From: Candidatus Saccharimonadota bacterium | GTDB taxonomy: Bacteria > Pseudomonadota > Alphaproteobacteria > Rickettsiales > Anaplasmataceae | Reading direction: 5' to 3' | NCBI RefSeq assembly: GCF_025021925.1 | Contig: NZ_CP092368.1 | Coordinates: 60,001 to 92,000 of the forward strand | Length of the DNA: 32,000 nucleotides | In this document: positions 18,247 through 27,944 of the stretch, one piece after another | Layout of the letters: every line of letters begins with the position of its first letter | How positions within the stretch are numbered: the first letter of the stretch is position 1 | The notes under the pieces: generated by a model | The model's input: the letters and a program-made list of their open reading frames with translations, nothing else | The model's database searches: none | Told to the model about the DNA's origin: nothing | Position numbers and translations under genes: made by a program

Positions 18247-19119
18247 ATGAGCAAGCAATATAGCACGACTAAAAGAATTATCGTACAAGATATCGAAGAT
18301 ATTCTATATCAGAAAAATCAAGTATTAGATCATGGATTTATTCGTGTAATAGACTATATGGGTTCTGATAGTGCTATAGTACAAGCTGCGCGTGTATCTT
18401 ATGGTACAGGTACAAAAAGTATAAACCAAGATGAAGAGCTGATAAAATATTTAATGCGACATTGTCATACTACCCCTTTTGAAATGTGTGAAATTAAATT
18501 TCATGTTAAATTACCAATTTTTGTTGCAAGACAATGGATTAGACATAGAACTGCAAATATCAATGAATATTCTGCAAGATATTCAATACTTGATAATGAA
18601 TTCTATATACCAAATCCAGAAAATATTGCCAAACAATCTGATCATAATAAACAAAGTAGATGTGAAACTTTCAATATTGAGGCATCACAAAAGATCATAG
18701 ATTCTTTAAAAAAAGATACTCACTTAATGTATACTCATTATGATAAATTTATTAGACAAGGAGTAGCAAGAGAGATTGCTAGAATCAATTTAACACTTAA
18801 TTATTATACGCAATTTTATTGGAAGATAGATCTACATAATCTTCTTCATTTTTTAAGATTAAGAGCTCATCCTCTTGCTCAATATGAGATGAGAGTCTAT
18901 GCAGAAGTGATGATAGATATAATAAAAAAATGGGTACCTTGCGCTTATAATGCTTTTTCTGAATACTGCTTAGATTCAGTCTGCATTTCAAGAAGAGGTC
19001 TAGAAATAATTCGGAAACTAATAAAAGGAGAAAAGATTACTAAAGAAAAATCTGGACTTGGTACTAGAGAGTGGAATGAATTGATGTCTATTTTAAAAAA
19101 TAACACTCAAGAGACATAA
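18247..19119 (+). CDS. thyX: FAD-dependent thymidylate synthase ThyX
   Basis: 290 aa with the ThyX signature [19 protein letters not shown] (RHR...S.R motif). An AAGGA Shine-Dalgarno sits 8 nt upstream of the ATG. Confidence 0.93.
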   Translation: MSKQYSTTKRIIVQDIEDILYQKNQVLDHGFIRVIDYMGSDSAIVQAARVSYGTGTKSINQDEELIKYLMRHCHTTPFEMCEIKFHVKLPIFVARQWIRHRTANINEYSARYSILDNEFYIPNPENIAKQSDHNKQSRCETFNIEASQKIIDSLKKDTHLMYTHYDKFIRQGVAREIARINLTLNYYTQFYWKIDLHNLLHFLRLRAHPLAQYEMRVYAEVMIDIIKKWVPCAYNAFSEYCLDSVCISRRGLEIIRKLIKGEKITKEKSGLGTREWNELMSILKNNTQET

Positions 19120-19440
19120 TTTTCGATGTTCTATCACTCAACAAATAAATATTTTTAGCAATATTTATTATATTATTGATTGCAGAAATTGATTCAATAT
19201 ATGTAAGTATCCAGTCATACTGTGGATATCTTAAGATTTATGAATACTTGATATTAAATAAATTCTCAAGTATTATCTATAAATTGAGGATTTTAGAAAA
19301 CAATTTACACTGATATTACTCATTAGATCTAATAATATAGTTATAATAGTAAATTTTATCTTTTGATATGAAATCATACTATGTTGATGTAATTCACAAT
19401 TTTGTATCTCTTAAATTATTAAGGTAGAGATTTTACAATA

Positions 19441-19490
19441 TATACAGTATAATATCTAAATAATATTTTTAGATATTATACTACTGTATA
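19441..19490. repeat. Long AT-rich imperfect inverted repeat (20 paired bp with a 3-nt bulge, 7-nt spacer)
   Basis: Left arm TATACAGTATAATATCTAAA (19441-19460), spacer TAATATT, right arm TTTAGATATTATACTACTGTATA (19468-19490). The reverse complement of the right arm equals the left arm plus an inserted GTA. It lies in the convergent thyX/lysK gap and has no flanking T-run. Confidence 0.85.
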
Positions 19491-19573
19491 ACTTGCTAAC
19501 AGTAATGATGAATCATTCTCTCTATAATAATTATTATATCTATATAAGCAACTTTCTCATATCTCAATAGTGC

Positions 19574-19616
19574 AAAAAATGACTACATCATCTAATGATA
19601 TATGTAGTCATTTTTT
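19574..19616 (-). terminator. Rho-independent, symmetric (potentially bidirectional) terminator of lysK
   Basis: Perfect 15-bp arms AAAAAATGACTACAT (19574-19588) and ATGTAGTCATTTTTT (19602-19616) with a 13-nt loop. This gives a 9-bp mixed stem flanked by A6 on one side and T6 on the other, so either strand reads as hairpin plus U-tract. The lysK stop codon (19608-19610) lies inside the right arm. Confidence 0.65.
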
Positions 19617-21161
19617 GAGCACCTCTGCTACAAGAGTAATAGTGTTGTTTATTCCATATAATTGGATAAAAGAACCTATTCTAGGACCATGTTGTTGTCC
19701 AAGTAATGTTTCATATAATAATTGAAACCAATCGCGTAAACTATTATATCCACATTTTATACCTATAGACAAAATTTGTGCTTGAATTTCCTCTGAAGTA
19801 GCATGAATAGATAAAGCTTCCATTGCTTGTTTTAACTCAAAGAGTGCTATTTTTTCTTTTATATTAGGAATTTTATATGATTTTTTGGGTTTGATAAAAT
19901 CATGATAATATTTCACTGCAAAATCAGCAAGAGTGTCTATTACTTTGCTATTTTCTGGTGTAACGTTCGATTGATAATGAGAAATAAATCCCCAAAGAAT
20001 CTGTTTGTGTTCAGCGTGACATGCTGTCGCAAGATTTAATAATAAAGTAAAGTTGATGCCTGAAGTATTTATAACAGGAACATTACCAGAATGAATATGC
20101 CATACTGGATTATTAATGTCTTGTTCTGTATTTGTATGATAGAGACGTATGCAATCTAAATATGCATCAGTTGATTTTGGAATGACATCAAAATATAAAC
20201 GCTTAGCTTTTTTAGGATTCTGAAAAATATATAATGATAAACTTTCAATTGAAGAGTAAGTCAGCCATTTTTCGATTGATAAACCATTTCCTTTTGATTT
20301 TGAAATTTTCGTACCTCTTTGATCAAGAAATAGTTCATAGCAAAAGAGAAGTGGAGGTGTATGTTTTAATATTTGACATATCTGACTTGATAGTGTGGCA
20401 GATGGTGTAAGATCTTTTCCATGAGCTTCATAATGTACATTAAAAACTGCCCATCTCATTCCCCAATCTGCTTTCCATTGCAATTTACATTTTCCTTGAG
20501 TCACGATCGTTTCTATCTTTTGTCCATTTGGATGAAGATATACTATGGTTTCTTTCTCTGTATTGACTTCAATGACTTGTGCTTGTAATACACAAGAAGT
20601 ATATGGACATAATGGTAAAAAAGGACTATAAGTTTTCTTTCTTGCTATACGCAAAGATGGTACAATTACATCTATAACATTTTTATAATTCCTAAGAATC
20701 AATGAGAGTGTTTTATCAAAAATACCAGTTTGATAACAATGTGTTGCGCTCATAAACTCATATTCAAGATCGAATAAATTAAGAAATTTACATAATAATG
20801 AATTCATATAATCGCTATAACTTTCATCAGATCCAAATGGATCTGGAATCATGCTTAAAGGCTTATTTAAATGATTTTTAAGCATATCTTGATTTGGCAT
20901 ATGCTCTGGTATTTTACGTAAACCATCCATATCATCTGAAAAGACAATCAATTTTGTCTTTATATTAGGTGCAATATGTTTTAATGCATTCATTACTACT
21001 TTTGTGCGAAAGAATTCTCCAAATGTACCTATATGAGGTATGCCAGAAGGGCCATAACCAGTTTCAAATATTATTTCTTGTTGATTAGGAAATCTTTGCA
21101 ATATTTTTTCTGCTTCTTGAAAAGGCCAACTAATCATGTGATAATTTGAATATAAATTCAT
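19608..21161 (-). CDS. lysK: Lysyl-tRNA synthetase, class I type
   Basis: 517 aa with a class I architecture: HIGH-type PSGIPHIGTFGE and KMSKS-type KISKSKGNG. Class I LysRS is characteristic of Rickettsiales and some other alphaproteobacteria. Confidence 0.93.
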   Translation of the reverse strand: MNLYSNYHMISWPFQEAEKILQRFPNQQEIIFETGYGPSGIPHIGTFGEFFRTKVVMNALKHIAPNIKTKLIVFSDDMDGLRKIPEHMPNQDMLKNHLNKPLSMIPDPFGSDESYSDYMNSLLCKFLNLFDLEYEFMSATHCYQTGIFDKTLSLILRNYKNVIDVIVPSLRIARKKTYSPFLPLCPYTSCVLQAQVIEVNTEKETIVYLHPNGQKIETIVTQGKCKLQWKADWGMRWAVFNVHYEAHGKDLTPSATLSSQICQILKHTPPLLFCYELFLDQRGTKISKSKGNGLSIEKWLTYSSIESLSLYIFQNPKKAKRLYFDVIPKSTDAYLDCIRLYHTNTEQDINNPVWHIHSGNVPVINTSGINFTLLLNLATACHAEHKQILWGFISHYQSNVTPENSKVIDTLADFAVKYYHDFIKPKKSYKIPNIKEKIALFELKQAMEALSIHATSEEIQAQILSIGIKCGYNSLRDWFQLLYETLLGQQHGPRIGSFIQLYGINNTITLVAEVLKK

Positions 21162-21292
21162 TATCGTATTATTTTACTCACAGTAATATTCATTACAATA
21201 AGTATTTTAATACGATGAGATGTTGCATAAAAATATAGTAATTATGATAGATTACTATATTTTGCAGAATCCATGTACCTGATATAGATCTA

Positions 21293-21321
21293 TTGACATG
21301 AAAATATTTTATAGATACACT
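21293..21321 (+). promoter_or_regulatory. Candidate sigma70-type promoter for rsmD (TTGACA-17 nt-TACACT)
   Basis: Perfect -35 TTGACA (21293-21298), an exact 17-nt spacer, and -10 TACACT (21316-21321, 4/6), 26 nt upstream of the rsmD ATG. In such AT-rich DNA a motif match alone is weak evidence. Confidence 0.25.
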
Positions 21322-21347
21322 ATCGATTCTTTAAAAAATCTCATTAT

Positions 21348-21899
21348 ATGCTTCATATTACTGCTGGAAAATATCGAGGAAGAAAAATATTTACAGATTA
21401 TAATTTATCTGTAAGACCTACTATGGGTATCGTTCGAGAAGCAATATTTAATATCTTATCATCTCAAAATCTTATTTATAATTTAAATATTCTTGACTTA
21501 TTTTGTGGCAGTGGATCCTTATCTTTTGAGGGATTATCTCGCGGAGCACGTCATGCATTTATGGTAGATACAAATTATAAAACTCTACAATTACCTAAAA
21601 AGACATCAGAAATTTTAGGTATTGAAGAACTAATTACTCTCATTTGTTGTCATGCTCATGAATTACCACAATCTTCTGTAAAATGCGATATAGTCTTTAT
21701 AGATCCTCCGTATTATACTAATATAGTCGAATTAGTTTTAAATACATTACCGAAATCAGGATGGTTACAGCAAGATGCAGTGATCATTTTAGAAGTACAA
21801 AAAAATCAAAATATTCAGTATAATAAGAATATGCGTGTAATTTTAGAACGTACTTATGGTATGACAAAAATCATTTTTTTCTCAATAATTGACTCTTAA
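21348..21899 (+). CDS. rsmD: 16S rRNA (guanine966-N2)-methyltransferase RsmD
   Basis: 183 aa with I.AGKYRGRK...RPT...VREAIFNIL, the SAM motif DLFCGSGSLSFEGLSRGA, and the catalytic FIDPPY. Confidence 0.88.
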   Translation: MLHITAGKYRGRKIFTDYNLSVRPTMGIVREAIFNILSSQNLIYNLNILDLFCGSGSLSFEGLSRGARHAFMVDTNYKTLQLPKKTSEILGIEELITLICCHAHELPQSSVKCDIVFIDPPYYTNIVELVLNTLPKSGWLQQDAVIILEVQKNQNIQYNKNMRVILERTYGMTKIIFFSIIDS

Positions 21900-22216
21900 A
21901 TATTGTACTGATATATTCAAATATTAACTTATCAGTATTTAATATATAAACTTTTTTGATAGATAACATTCTTAAAAGTAGTATCCTATTAAAAGGATAT
22001 CAAGTATTTTAGATCGAAAATATCATAATATTATACAATAGATTGTGTATTTTTTAGCATTTTTCTTAATATCTTTATATGCGATCTTATGATCTTAAGA
22101 GTGCGACATTATTTTAATAACATATGAATCTTGTTATATATTTTTTAATACTCTGTCAGAGTAAACGCTACACTATCATAGATCATACATATGAGCTATG
22201 AGAATGCGCGTGCATA

Positions 22217-22232
22217 ATGCCACATGTGGCAT
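22217..22232. other. Perfect 16-bp palindrome ATGCCACATGTGGCAT inside a locally GC-richer island of a long non-coding gap
   Basis: Read directly; the sequence is self-complementary over all 16 positions. It is preceded by GAATGCGCGTGCATA. No T-tract follows it, so it is not a classical terminator. Confidence 0.9.
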
Positions 22233-22965
22233 AACATTATTTCTTACTACATATTTTTATAAAATTTTTTATTATTTTATATTGCGATTATCTTAATGAA
22301 ATTTAAGATATATTGATATGAAATGTGTAACATGATATTGATTCAATACTGCTATATATATGTATATACTATCAATTTTCAATATGAATAAAGTTATTTT
22401 GTTTTTTATCTCATCTTACGATATTATCGAAAATCTAGAATAAAAAAAGAATATTAAGGGATTGAGATCATATTTATATATCAATGTATTACTATTACTC
22501 ATTTATATGATACTTACCATATATATACATCTCTATATTCATACTGTAATCTCACATAATATATGTCTCTATTAATAATAGCAATGACGAGAAATAATAG
22601 ATGATCTATTGTTATTCTTAATACTTTGTATCTCGATGAGATGATAGTCCATCATAATGTAAAATAAGTACATGATATATTCTACTATATCATCACATTT
22701 TTATATGTAGGTTTGATTAATTAAATATTACAATGAGAGATATAAGTAATATTGTTATAAACAATTAATATGTCATTTTAAATATAAAAAGTTTCCCTAT
22801 AATTTTGTTCAAATATACGCATCATCTAATATAACATCATTGATGTCATACTCAAAAAAACTTCAATCTTTTTTTAAGATTTCAGTGTTAAGATATGTGT
22901 AAATTCCTGTACTAATATACATATATATATTAATATGAATAATATTTCAATATTAGGAATATGTG

Positions 22966-23313
22966 ATGATATCTATTACGTTTATTTTACCTGATGGTAG
23001 CAAAGAAAGTTATGAAGCTATAGAAGGAGAGACTATTCTTGAGTTAGCTCATAGAAGTAATCGAGATCTACTTGAAGGTGCATGTGAAGGTGCTTTAGCA
23101 TGCTCTACATGTCATATCATTATTGATCCAATGTCTTATAATAATATAGAAATATTAAATCCACTTTCTGATGAGGAGAATGACATGTTAGATCTAGCGT
23201 TTGGACTCACAGAAACATCAAGGCTTGGATGTCAAATAAAAATCACAAAAGAGATTAATAATCTACATATTATAATTCCTAAGGGAACAAGAAATATATC
23301 ATTAGATAGATAA
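22966..23313 (+). CDS. fdx: [2Fe-2S] ferredoxin, adrenodoxin/ISC type
   Basis: ~115 aa with cluster ligands CEGALACSTCH (Cx5Cx2C) plus the distal Cys in RLGCQI. The N-terminus ITFILPDG is typical. The track start at 22963 is GTG; ATG at 22966 has AGGA 8 nt upstream. Confidence 0.9.
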   Translation: MISITFILPDGSKESYEAIEGETILELAHRSNRDLLEGACEGALACSTCHIIIDPMSYNNIEILNPLSDEENDMLDLAFGLTETSRLGCQIKITKEINNLHIIIPKGTRNISLDR

Positions 23314-23324
23314 TATAATGAGAG

Positions 23325-23729
23325 ATGAGTGAATCTTTGATTATTCATAAAAGAGTTTATATAATATGTATGATTATCATGCTGATCACAAATACCATTA
23401 CGCATGCTTTTACATTAGATTGCACAATTCGGGATCCAGAACTAGAACAAAAAGCAAATAATCTATTTAGAATAATAAAGTGCCCAACATGTTATGCTGA
23501 AGCTTTATATGATTCTGATTCAGATGCTGCATTTGATATGAGAGCAAGAATTCGTGATCAAATTAGTCAAGGATCTTCGAATCAAGAGATTATTCTTGCA
23601 CTTAAAAAGTATTATGGAAATTCTATTATTATGATACCACCTGTTAAATCAAGCACTTATATTCTTTGGCTTGCACCTTTATTTATCTTTTTGATAGGAA
23701 TTTTTTATATAAAAAAAATTATCTATTAG
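23325..23729 (+). CDS. ccmH: Cytochrome c-type biogenesis protein CcmH (CycL)
   Basis: 134 aa with an N-terminal signal/TM segment, the redox motif IKCPTC (the LRCxxC equivalent) followed by ...SDS..A.DMR..I, and a C-terminal TM helix. Confidence 0.85.
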   Translation: MSESLIIHKRVYIICMIIMLITNTITHAFTLDCTIRDPELEQKANNLFRIIKCPTCYAEALYDSDSDAAFDMRARIRDQISQGSSNQEIILALKKYYGNSIIMIPPVKSSTYILWLAPLFIFLIGIFYIKKIIY

Positions 23730-23838
23730 ATATATTATATCTCATATCCTTAATACAAGTTATTTTAATAAACATATGGACTTTAAATCAATATATTCTA
23801 TATCTTATAGAAGTCAATATGTTCAATAAAAGTAAATA

Positions 23839-25230
23839 TTAAAAATATATCATATTTTCTGGTTTTACAATTTTATCAAATTCTTCTGCATCAAGAATAT
23901 TCAGTTTTATTGCTGCATCTTTGAGAGAGATATTGTCTTTATGTGCTAACTGTGCTATTTTTGCTGCATTATCATATCCTATATAAGGGTTTAATATCGT
24001 GACTAACATTAAGGATTTATTAAGTAATTTTGTAATTCTCTTTTTATTTGCTTTGATTCCAAGTATACACTTGTCTGTAAAATTAACGCTTATATCTGAT
24101 AATAGCATAATGGATTGTAATACATTATAAATAATCACCGGCTTAAAGACATTCAATTCTAAATGACCACTTGCGCCACTAATAGTGACAGTCACATGAT
24201 TTCCCATCACTTGAGCACAAATCATAGTCATTGCTTCACATTGAGTAGGATTAATTTTACCAGGCATAATTGAGGAACCAGGTTCATTTTCTGGCAATAT
24301 TATCTCTCCAAAACCACATCTTGGACCAGAACCAAGTAATCTAATATCATTGGCAATTTTCATTAAACTAACTGCAAGTGTATTAAGAGATCCGCTCAAT
24401 TCAACTAAAGCATCGTTTGATGCTAGTGACTCAAATTTATTTTCTGCCGAAATGAATGGTAGGTTAGTGATTGTGACTATTTCTCTAACAAACTCTTTAT
24501 CAAATCCTGGTATAGTATTTAATCCTGTTCCTACTGCAGTAGCACCTTGTGCCAATTCATATACTTGATTCATACTTAATTTTATTCTCTCGATACCCTT
24601 ATGAATCTGCATTGCATAACTAGAAAATTCCTGACCAAGAGTGATAGGCACTGCATCTTGTAAGTGAGTACGTCCTACTTTTATAATATCTTTAAATTCC
24701 TGTACTTTATTATTTAATGCATGATTTAGTTTCGTAAGATTTGGTAGTAATGCAATAGAAAGTTCCTGTACTACTGCAATATGCATTGCAGTTGGAAAGG
24801 TATCATTTGATGATTGACCATAATTTACATGATCATTAGGATGAATAGGGATTTTGCTACCTAATTGACCACCTAAAATCTCTATAGCTCGATTACTAAT
24901 GACTTCATTCATATTCATATTGGTCTGTGTTCCAGAGCCAGTTTGCCAAATCATTAGGGGAAACTCTTGATCAAATAATCCATTTATGACTTCTAGTGAA
25001 GCTGTAGAAATTGCATTGCCTAAAGCTTCATCTATAATGCCATTTTTCATATTTACACGTATAGCAGCAAGCTTGACTATTGCTAATGCCTTGATCATAG
25101 GCTTAGGCATTTTTTCTATACCAATTTTAAAATTCTCTAAAGCACGCTGAGTTTGCGCACCCCAGTAATTTGTACGCGAGACTTCTATTGTTCCTAAAGA
25201 ATCTGATTCTATTCTAGAGTCTTTTTTCAT
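23839..25230 (-). CDS. fumC: Class II fumarate hydratase
   Basis: It carries the [16 protein letters not shown] signature and the N-terminus [17 protein letters not shown]...[13 protein letters not shown]. The 500-aa track ORF starts at a TTG (25341). The homologous N-terminus begins at ATG 25230, giving 463 aa. Confidence 0.93.
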   Translation of the reverse strand: MKKDSRIESDSLGTIEVSRTNYWGAQTQRALENFKIGIEKMPKPMIKALAIVKLAAIRVNMKNGIIDEALGNAISTASLEVINGLFDQEFPLMIWQTGSGTQTNMNMNEVISNRAIEILGGQLGSKIPIHPNDHVNYGQSSNDTFPTAMHIAVVQELSIALLPNLTKLNHALNNKVQEFKDIIKVGRTHLQDAVPITLGQEFSSYAMQIHKGIERIKLSMNQVYELAQGATAVGTGLNTIPGFDKEFVREIVTITNLPFISAENKFESLASNDALVELSGSLNTLAVSLMKIANDIRLLGSGPRCGFGEIILPENEPGSSIMPGKINPTQCEAMTMICAQVMGNHVTVTISGASGHLELNVFKPVIIYNVLQSIMLLSDISVNFTDKCILGIKANKKRITKLLNKSLMLVTILNPYIGYDNAAKIAQLAHKDNISLKDAAIKLNILDAEEFDKIVKPENMIYF

Positions 25231-25623
25231 ATCATATGTTCTAATTATAGTTATTTTAGCCTCTTCATAATTATTCAATATTATAATAAATATACTAGAT
25301 ATTCTGGTTGATTGTGAAATAATTATGCATGCATTATACAATATTCTGCATTTTTGTATTAAGAATGATATCTTAGAATTAAAATATTGATATATTATAA
25401 TATGGAGAATTTAATTCTATTAATATCTTAATGCACATTTTAAATTTCTATAAATGCTTTCAAAAATCATGATCATCAATATATAATACTATTAAAGGAA
25501 TATTCAAGATTTATAATGAAAAAAAAGATTGATGATGGTAAAGTGTCAATATATGACTAGCGTATTTGACTCATAGTTTATGATAAAATTATATATAATA
25601 TTGATAATAATCTTAAAAATATC

Positions 25624-26541
25624 ATGAAAGTATTAGTAGGAAATATCAGTAAAGAGTTAGTAAAGATGATATCATATCAATTAGCAATGACTCCATCTGC
25701 TCTGCACATCTCTCAGTTTTCTGATGGTGAAAGTAATATAGAAATAGAAAATAGTTTTTATAATGAAGAGGTCTTTATATTACAATCCCTTTCCTCACCT
25801 GTTAATCAACATCTTATAGAACTGTTACTGATAATTGATTCAGTAAAAAGGCAAGATGCAAAAAAAATCACGGTAATTATTCCTTACTATGGGTACAGTA
25901 GACAAGATAGAATGATAAAAAATAATAATATGCAATCTTCCGTAGGTGCAAAATTAGTTGCAAAGCTTATTCAAACTGCAGGTGCAATGTGCATTGCAGT
26001 TATTGATCTACATGCCAAACAAATAGAGGGTTTTTTTGATATTCCAATAATAAATTTTCATTGTTATGAAATGTTTTGTAATACTATACAATGTAATAAT
26101 CTGTCAGTAGTTGCGCCTGATATTGGAGCAATTGATAGAGCACGAGAGTTTGCGAGTATCTTAGATAAGAGATACGCAAGCAATATTGCGCACAACATTA
26201 TTGTTATAGATAAAAATCGACAGCAAGCAGGTACTTCTCAAGTAATGAATGTAATAGGCAATGTTGTAAATAAAAATTGTGTTATTATAGATGATATAGT
26301 GGATTCTGGTGGAACATTATGCAATGCTGCTATTGCACTTAAAAAGCATGGAGCTCAGTCTGTCATTGCATGCATTACACATGGTGTCTTTTCAGGAGAT
26401 GCAATGATAAAGATATCATCTTCTCTAATAGATAAACTTATCATTACAGATACAATAATACATACATTTGAAAAAACTAATAAAATAGAAATTATCTCAA
26501 TTGCAAGTATTATTACAAAAATAATTCAGAAAGAGCGCTAA
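25624..26541 (+). CDS. prs: Ribose-phosphate pyrophosphokinase (PRPP synthetase)
   Basis: 305 aa with ...FSDGE..I.I...., YYGYSRQDR, and the PRPP-binding loop IIDDIVDSGGTL. Confidence 0.92.
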   Translation: MKVLVGNISKELVKMISYQLAMTPSALHISQFSDGESNIEIENSFYNEEVFILQSLSSPVNQHLIELLLIIDSVKRQDAKKITVIIPYYGYSRQDRMIKNNNMQSSVGAKLVAKLIQTAGAMCIAVIDLHAKQIEGFFDIPIINFHCYEMFCNTIQCNNLSVVAPDIGAIDRAREFASILDKRYASNIAHNIIVIDKNRQQAGTSQVMNVIGNVVNKNCVIIDDIVDSGGTLCNAAIALKKHGAQSVIACITHGVFSGDAMIKISSSLIDKLIITDTIIHTFEKTNKIEIISIASIITKIIQKER

Positions 26542-26542
26542 T

Positions 26543-26890
26543 ATGTCAAACAAGACAACAGAGGATATTATAAGTTCTTTAATAGAATTTGTGAACAATA
26601 GAAAAGTCACAATTACTCAAAATGATATGTTAAAAATTGCACATCTTGTAAGAATTAAGTTATCAAATGAAGAAATTGAGTATTATTCAAAAGAACTAAC
26701 AATGTTAGATTGGATTCATAATACTTTATTGCAGGTCAACACTGAAAAGATTACACCTATGCGATATGGTAGTATAGATACGGAATATTACATACAAGAT
26801 GATATTGTATATTATGATAATACCAAAGAGGATATATTATCTAATGCACAACATAACAATGGATATTTTATAGTACCAAAAGATATTTAA
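26543..26890 (+). CDS. gatC: Glutamyl/aspartyl-tRNA amidotransferase subunit C
   Basis: The core ITQNDMLKIAHLVRIKLSNEEIEYYSKELTMLDWI..L.QVNTEKITPM matches the GatC pattern (..V..IA.LARL.L.EEE......L..IL.....L.EVDT.GV.P). The ATG at 26543 lies 1 nt after the prs stop and gives a ~22-aa N-terminal extension. GTG at 26591 would give a typical ~99-aa protein. Confidence 0.8.
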   Translation: MSNKTTEDIISSLIEFVNNRKVTITQNDMLKIAHLVRIKLSNEEIEYYSKELTMLDWIHNTLLQVNTEKITPMRYGSIDTEYYIQDDIVYYDNTKEDILSNAQHNNGYFIVPKDI

Positions 26891-26907
26891 GGTTTAAAGT
26901 AATATAA

Positions 26908-27705
26908 TTATATCATACTGCTTAAATTATTCGTTAATATACAAAGTTGTTCGATAGTTAAACTTGCTGGACGTTCTAAACCGCTTAATTGAGTATTGTC
27001 AAGTACTACATTGACATGATTTGTTATACCTTGTAATATTTTTCTGATCATCTTTCTTCTTTGTGTAAAAATGATATTAGTAATTTTAATTAAAGAGTCT
27101 AAGTTGACTTCATATCTTTGAATAGGTAAGACATTTAACGTAATCGCTGCAGAATGTACTTTTGGGATAGGATAAAAGTCTGTAGGTAAAATATCAAACT
27201 CTTTTTTGATATTACATAATAACTGGCTGATAATTGATAAAAATCCGTAATACCTAGAATTAGGTTGCGCTACGAGACGTTCTACTACCTCTTGTTGTAA
27301 AATTAATATCAAACTAGTAAAATATTTGATCTTATGTAACCACTTTATACACAACATAACTGATATATTATATGGAAGATTAGCAATTAATTTAATTGGT
27401 GGAGATATTAGTGTTTCTTCTGCAAGATATAATGCATCTGCTTCTATTATTCTATATTTTGATTTATATGTATTGAGCAAATGTGAATGAAATTTAATGA
27501 AACTACTGTCTTTTTCTACAGCCAATAAAGATTTTGGATTATGCTTAAGAATTTCTCTTGTTAAGGCTCCATATCCAGGACCAATTTCAATGATATTAAA
27601 ATGCTCTAAAGTACCAGATATAATAATCATTTTTTTTATTACTTCATCAGAAACAATAAAATGTTGTCCTAAATTCCTTTTATGCTTGAATAATACTCTT
27701 CTCAT
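26908..27705 (-). CDS. rsmA: 16S rRNA (adenine1518/1519-N6)-dimethyltransferase RsmA/KsgA
   Basis: 265 aa with LGQHFI, the SAM motif EIGPGYGALT, and NLPYNIS. Confidence 0.92.
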   Translation of the reverse strand: MRRVLFKHKRNLGQHFIVSDEVIKKMIIISGTLEHFNIIEIGPGYGALTREILKHNPKSLLAVEKDSSFIKFHSHLLNTYKSKYRIIEADALYLAEETLISPPIKLIANLPYNISVMLCIKWLHKIKYFTSLILILQQEVVERLVAQPNSRYYGFLSIISQLLCNIKKEFDILPTDFYPIPKVHSAAITLNVLPIQRYEVNLDSLIKITNIIFTQRRKMIRKILQGITNHVNVVLDNTQLSGLERPASLTIEQLCILTNNLSSMI

Positions 27706-27786
27706 ACTATGCTCTCACATGCAGTGTTCAGTTATCAGAAAAATCAATTGACTATAATATATTATATAATTATAATTTGAGCTTTA

Positions 27787-27859
<73 letters not shown>

Positions 27860-27944
27860 TACAAGAAGCCTAATCTTAGGATGTATCCTAATAGTTAAGA
27901 GTGCTATTTATATTATATACTTATTATATTGTAAAGTCAATAAT

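Noticed and set aside
19221-19229. DnaA-box-like 9-mer TGTGGATAT (8/9 match to TGTGGATAA), considered as a hint of a replication origin in the thyX/lysK gap.
   Set aside because: There is only a single imperfect box with no cluster of boxes. An adjacent AT-rich unwinding element cannot be distinguished from the already AT-rich background, and no dnaA, dnaN or hemE-type origin-neighbour genes are nearby.
22124-22297. Short ORFs in the long gap, such as a 25-aa ORF from ATG 22124 and a 32-aa ORF from ATG 22199 (MRMRVHNATCGITLFLTTYFYKIFYYFILRLS).
   Set aside because: They have no Shine-Dalgarno-like sequence and no recognisable motif. Their length is within what random AT-rich sequence produces. 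They cannot be supported without conservation or expression data.
25231-25341. A 37-codon N-terminal extension of fumC in the ORF track ([16 protein letters not shown]...).
   Set aside because: The extension starts at a TTG and has no counterpart in fumarase. The conserved N-terminus begins at ATG 25230 ([13 protein letters not shown]...). The extension is treated as 5' non-coding.
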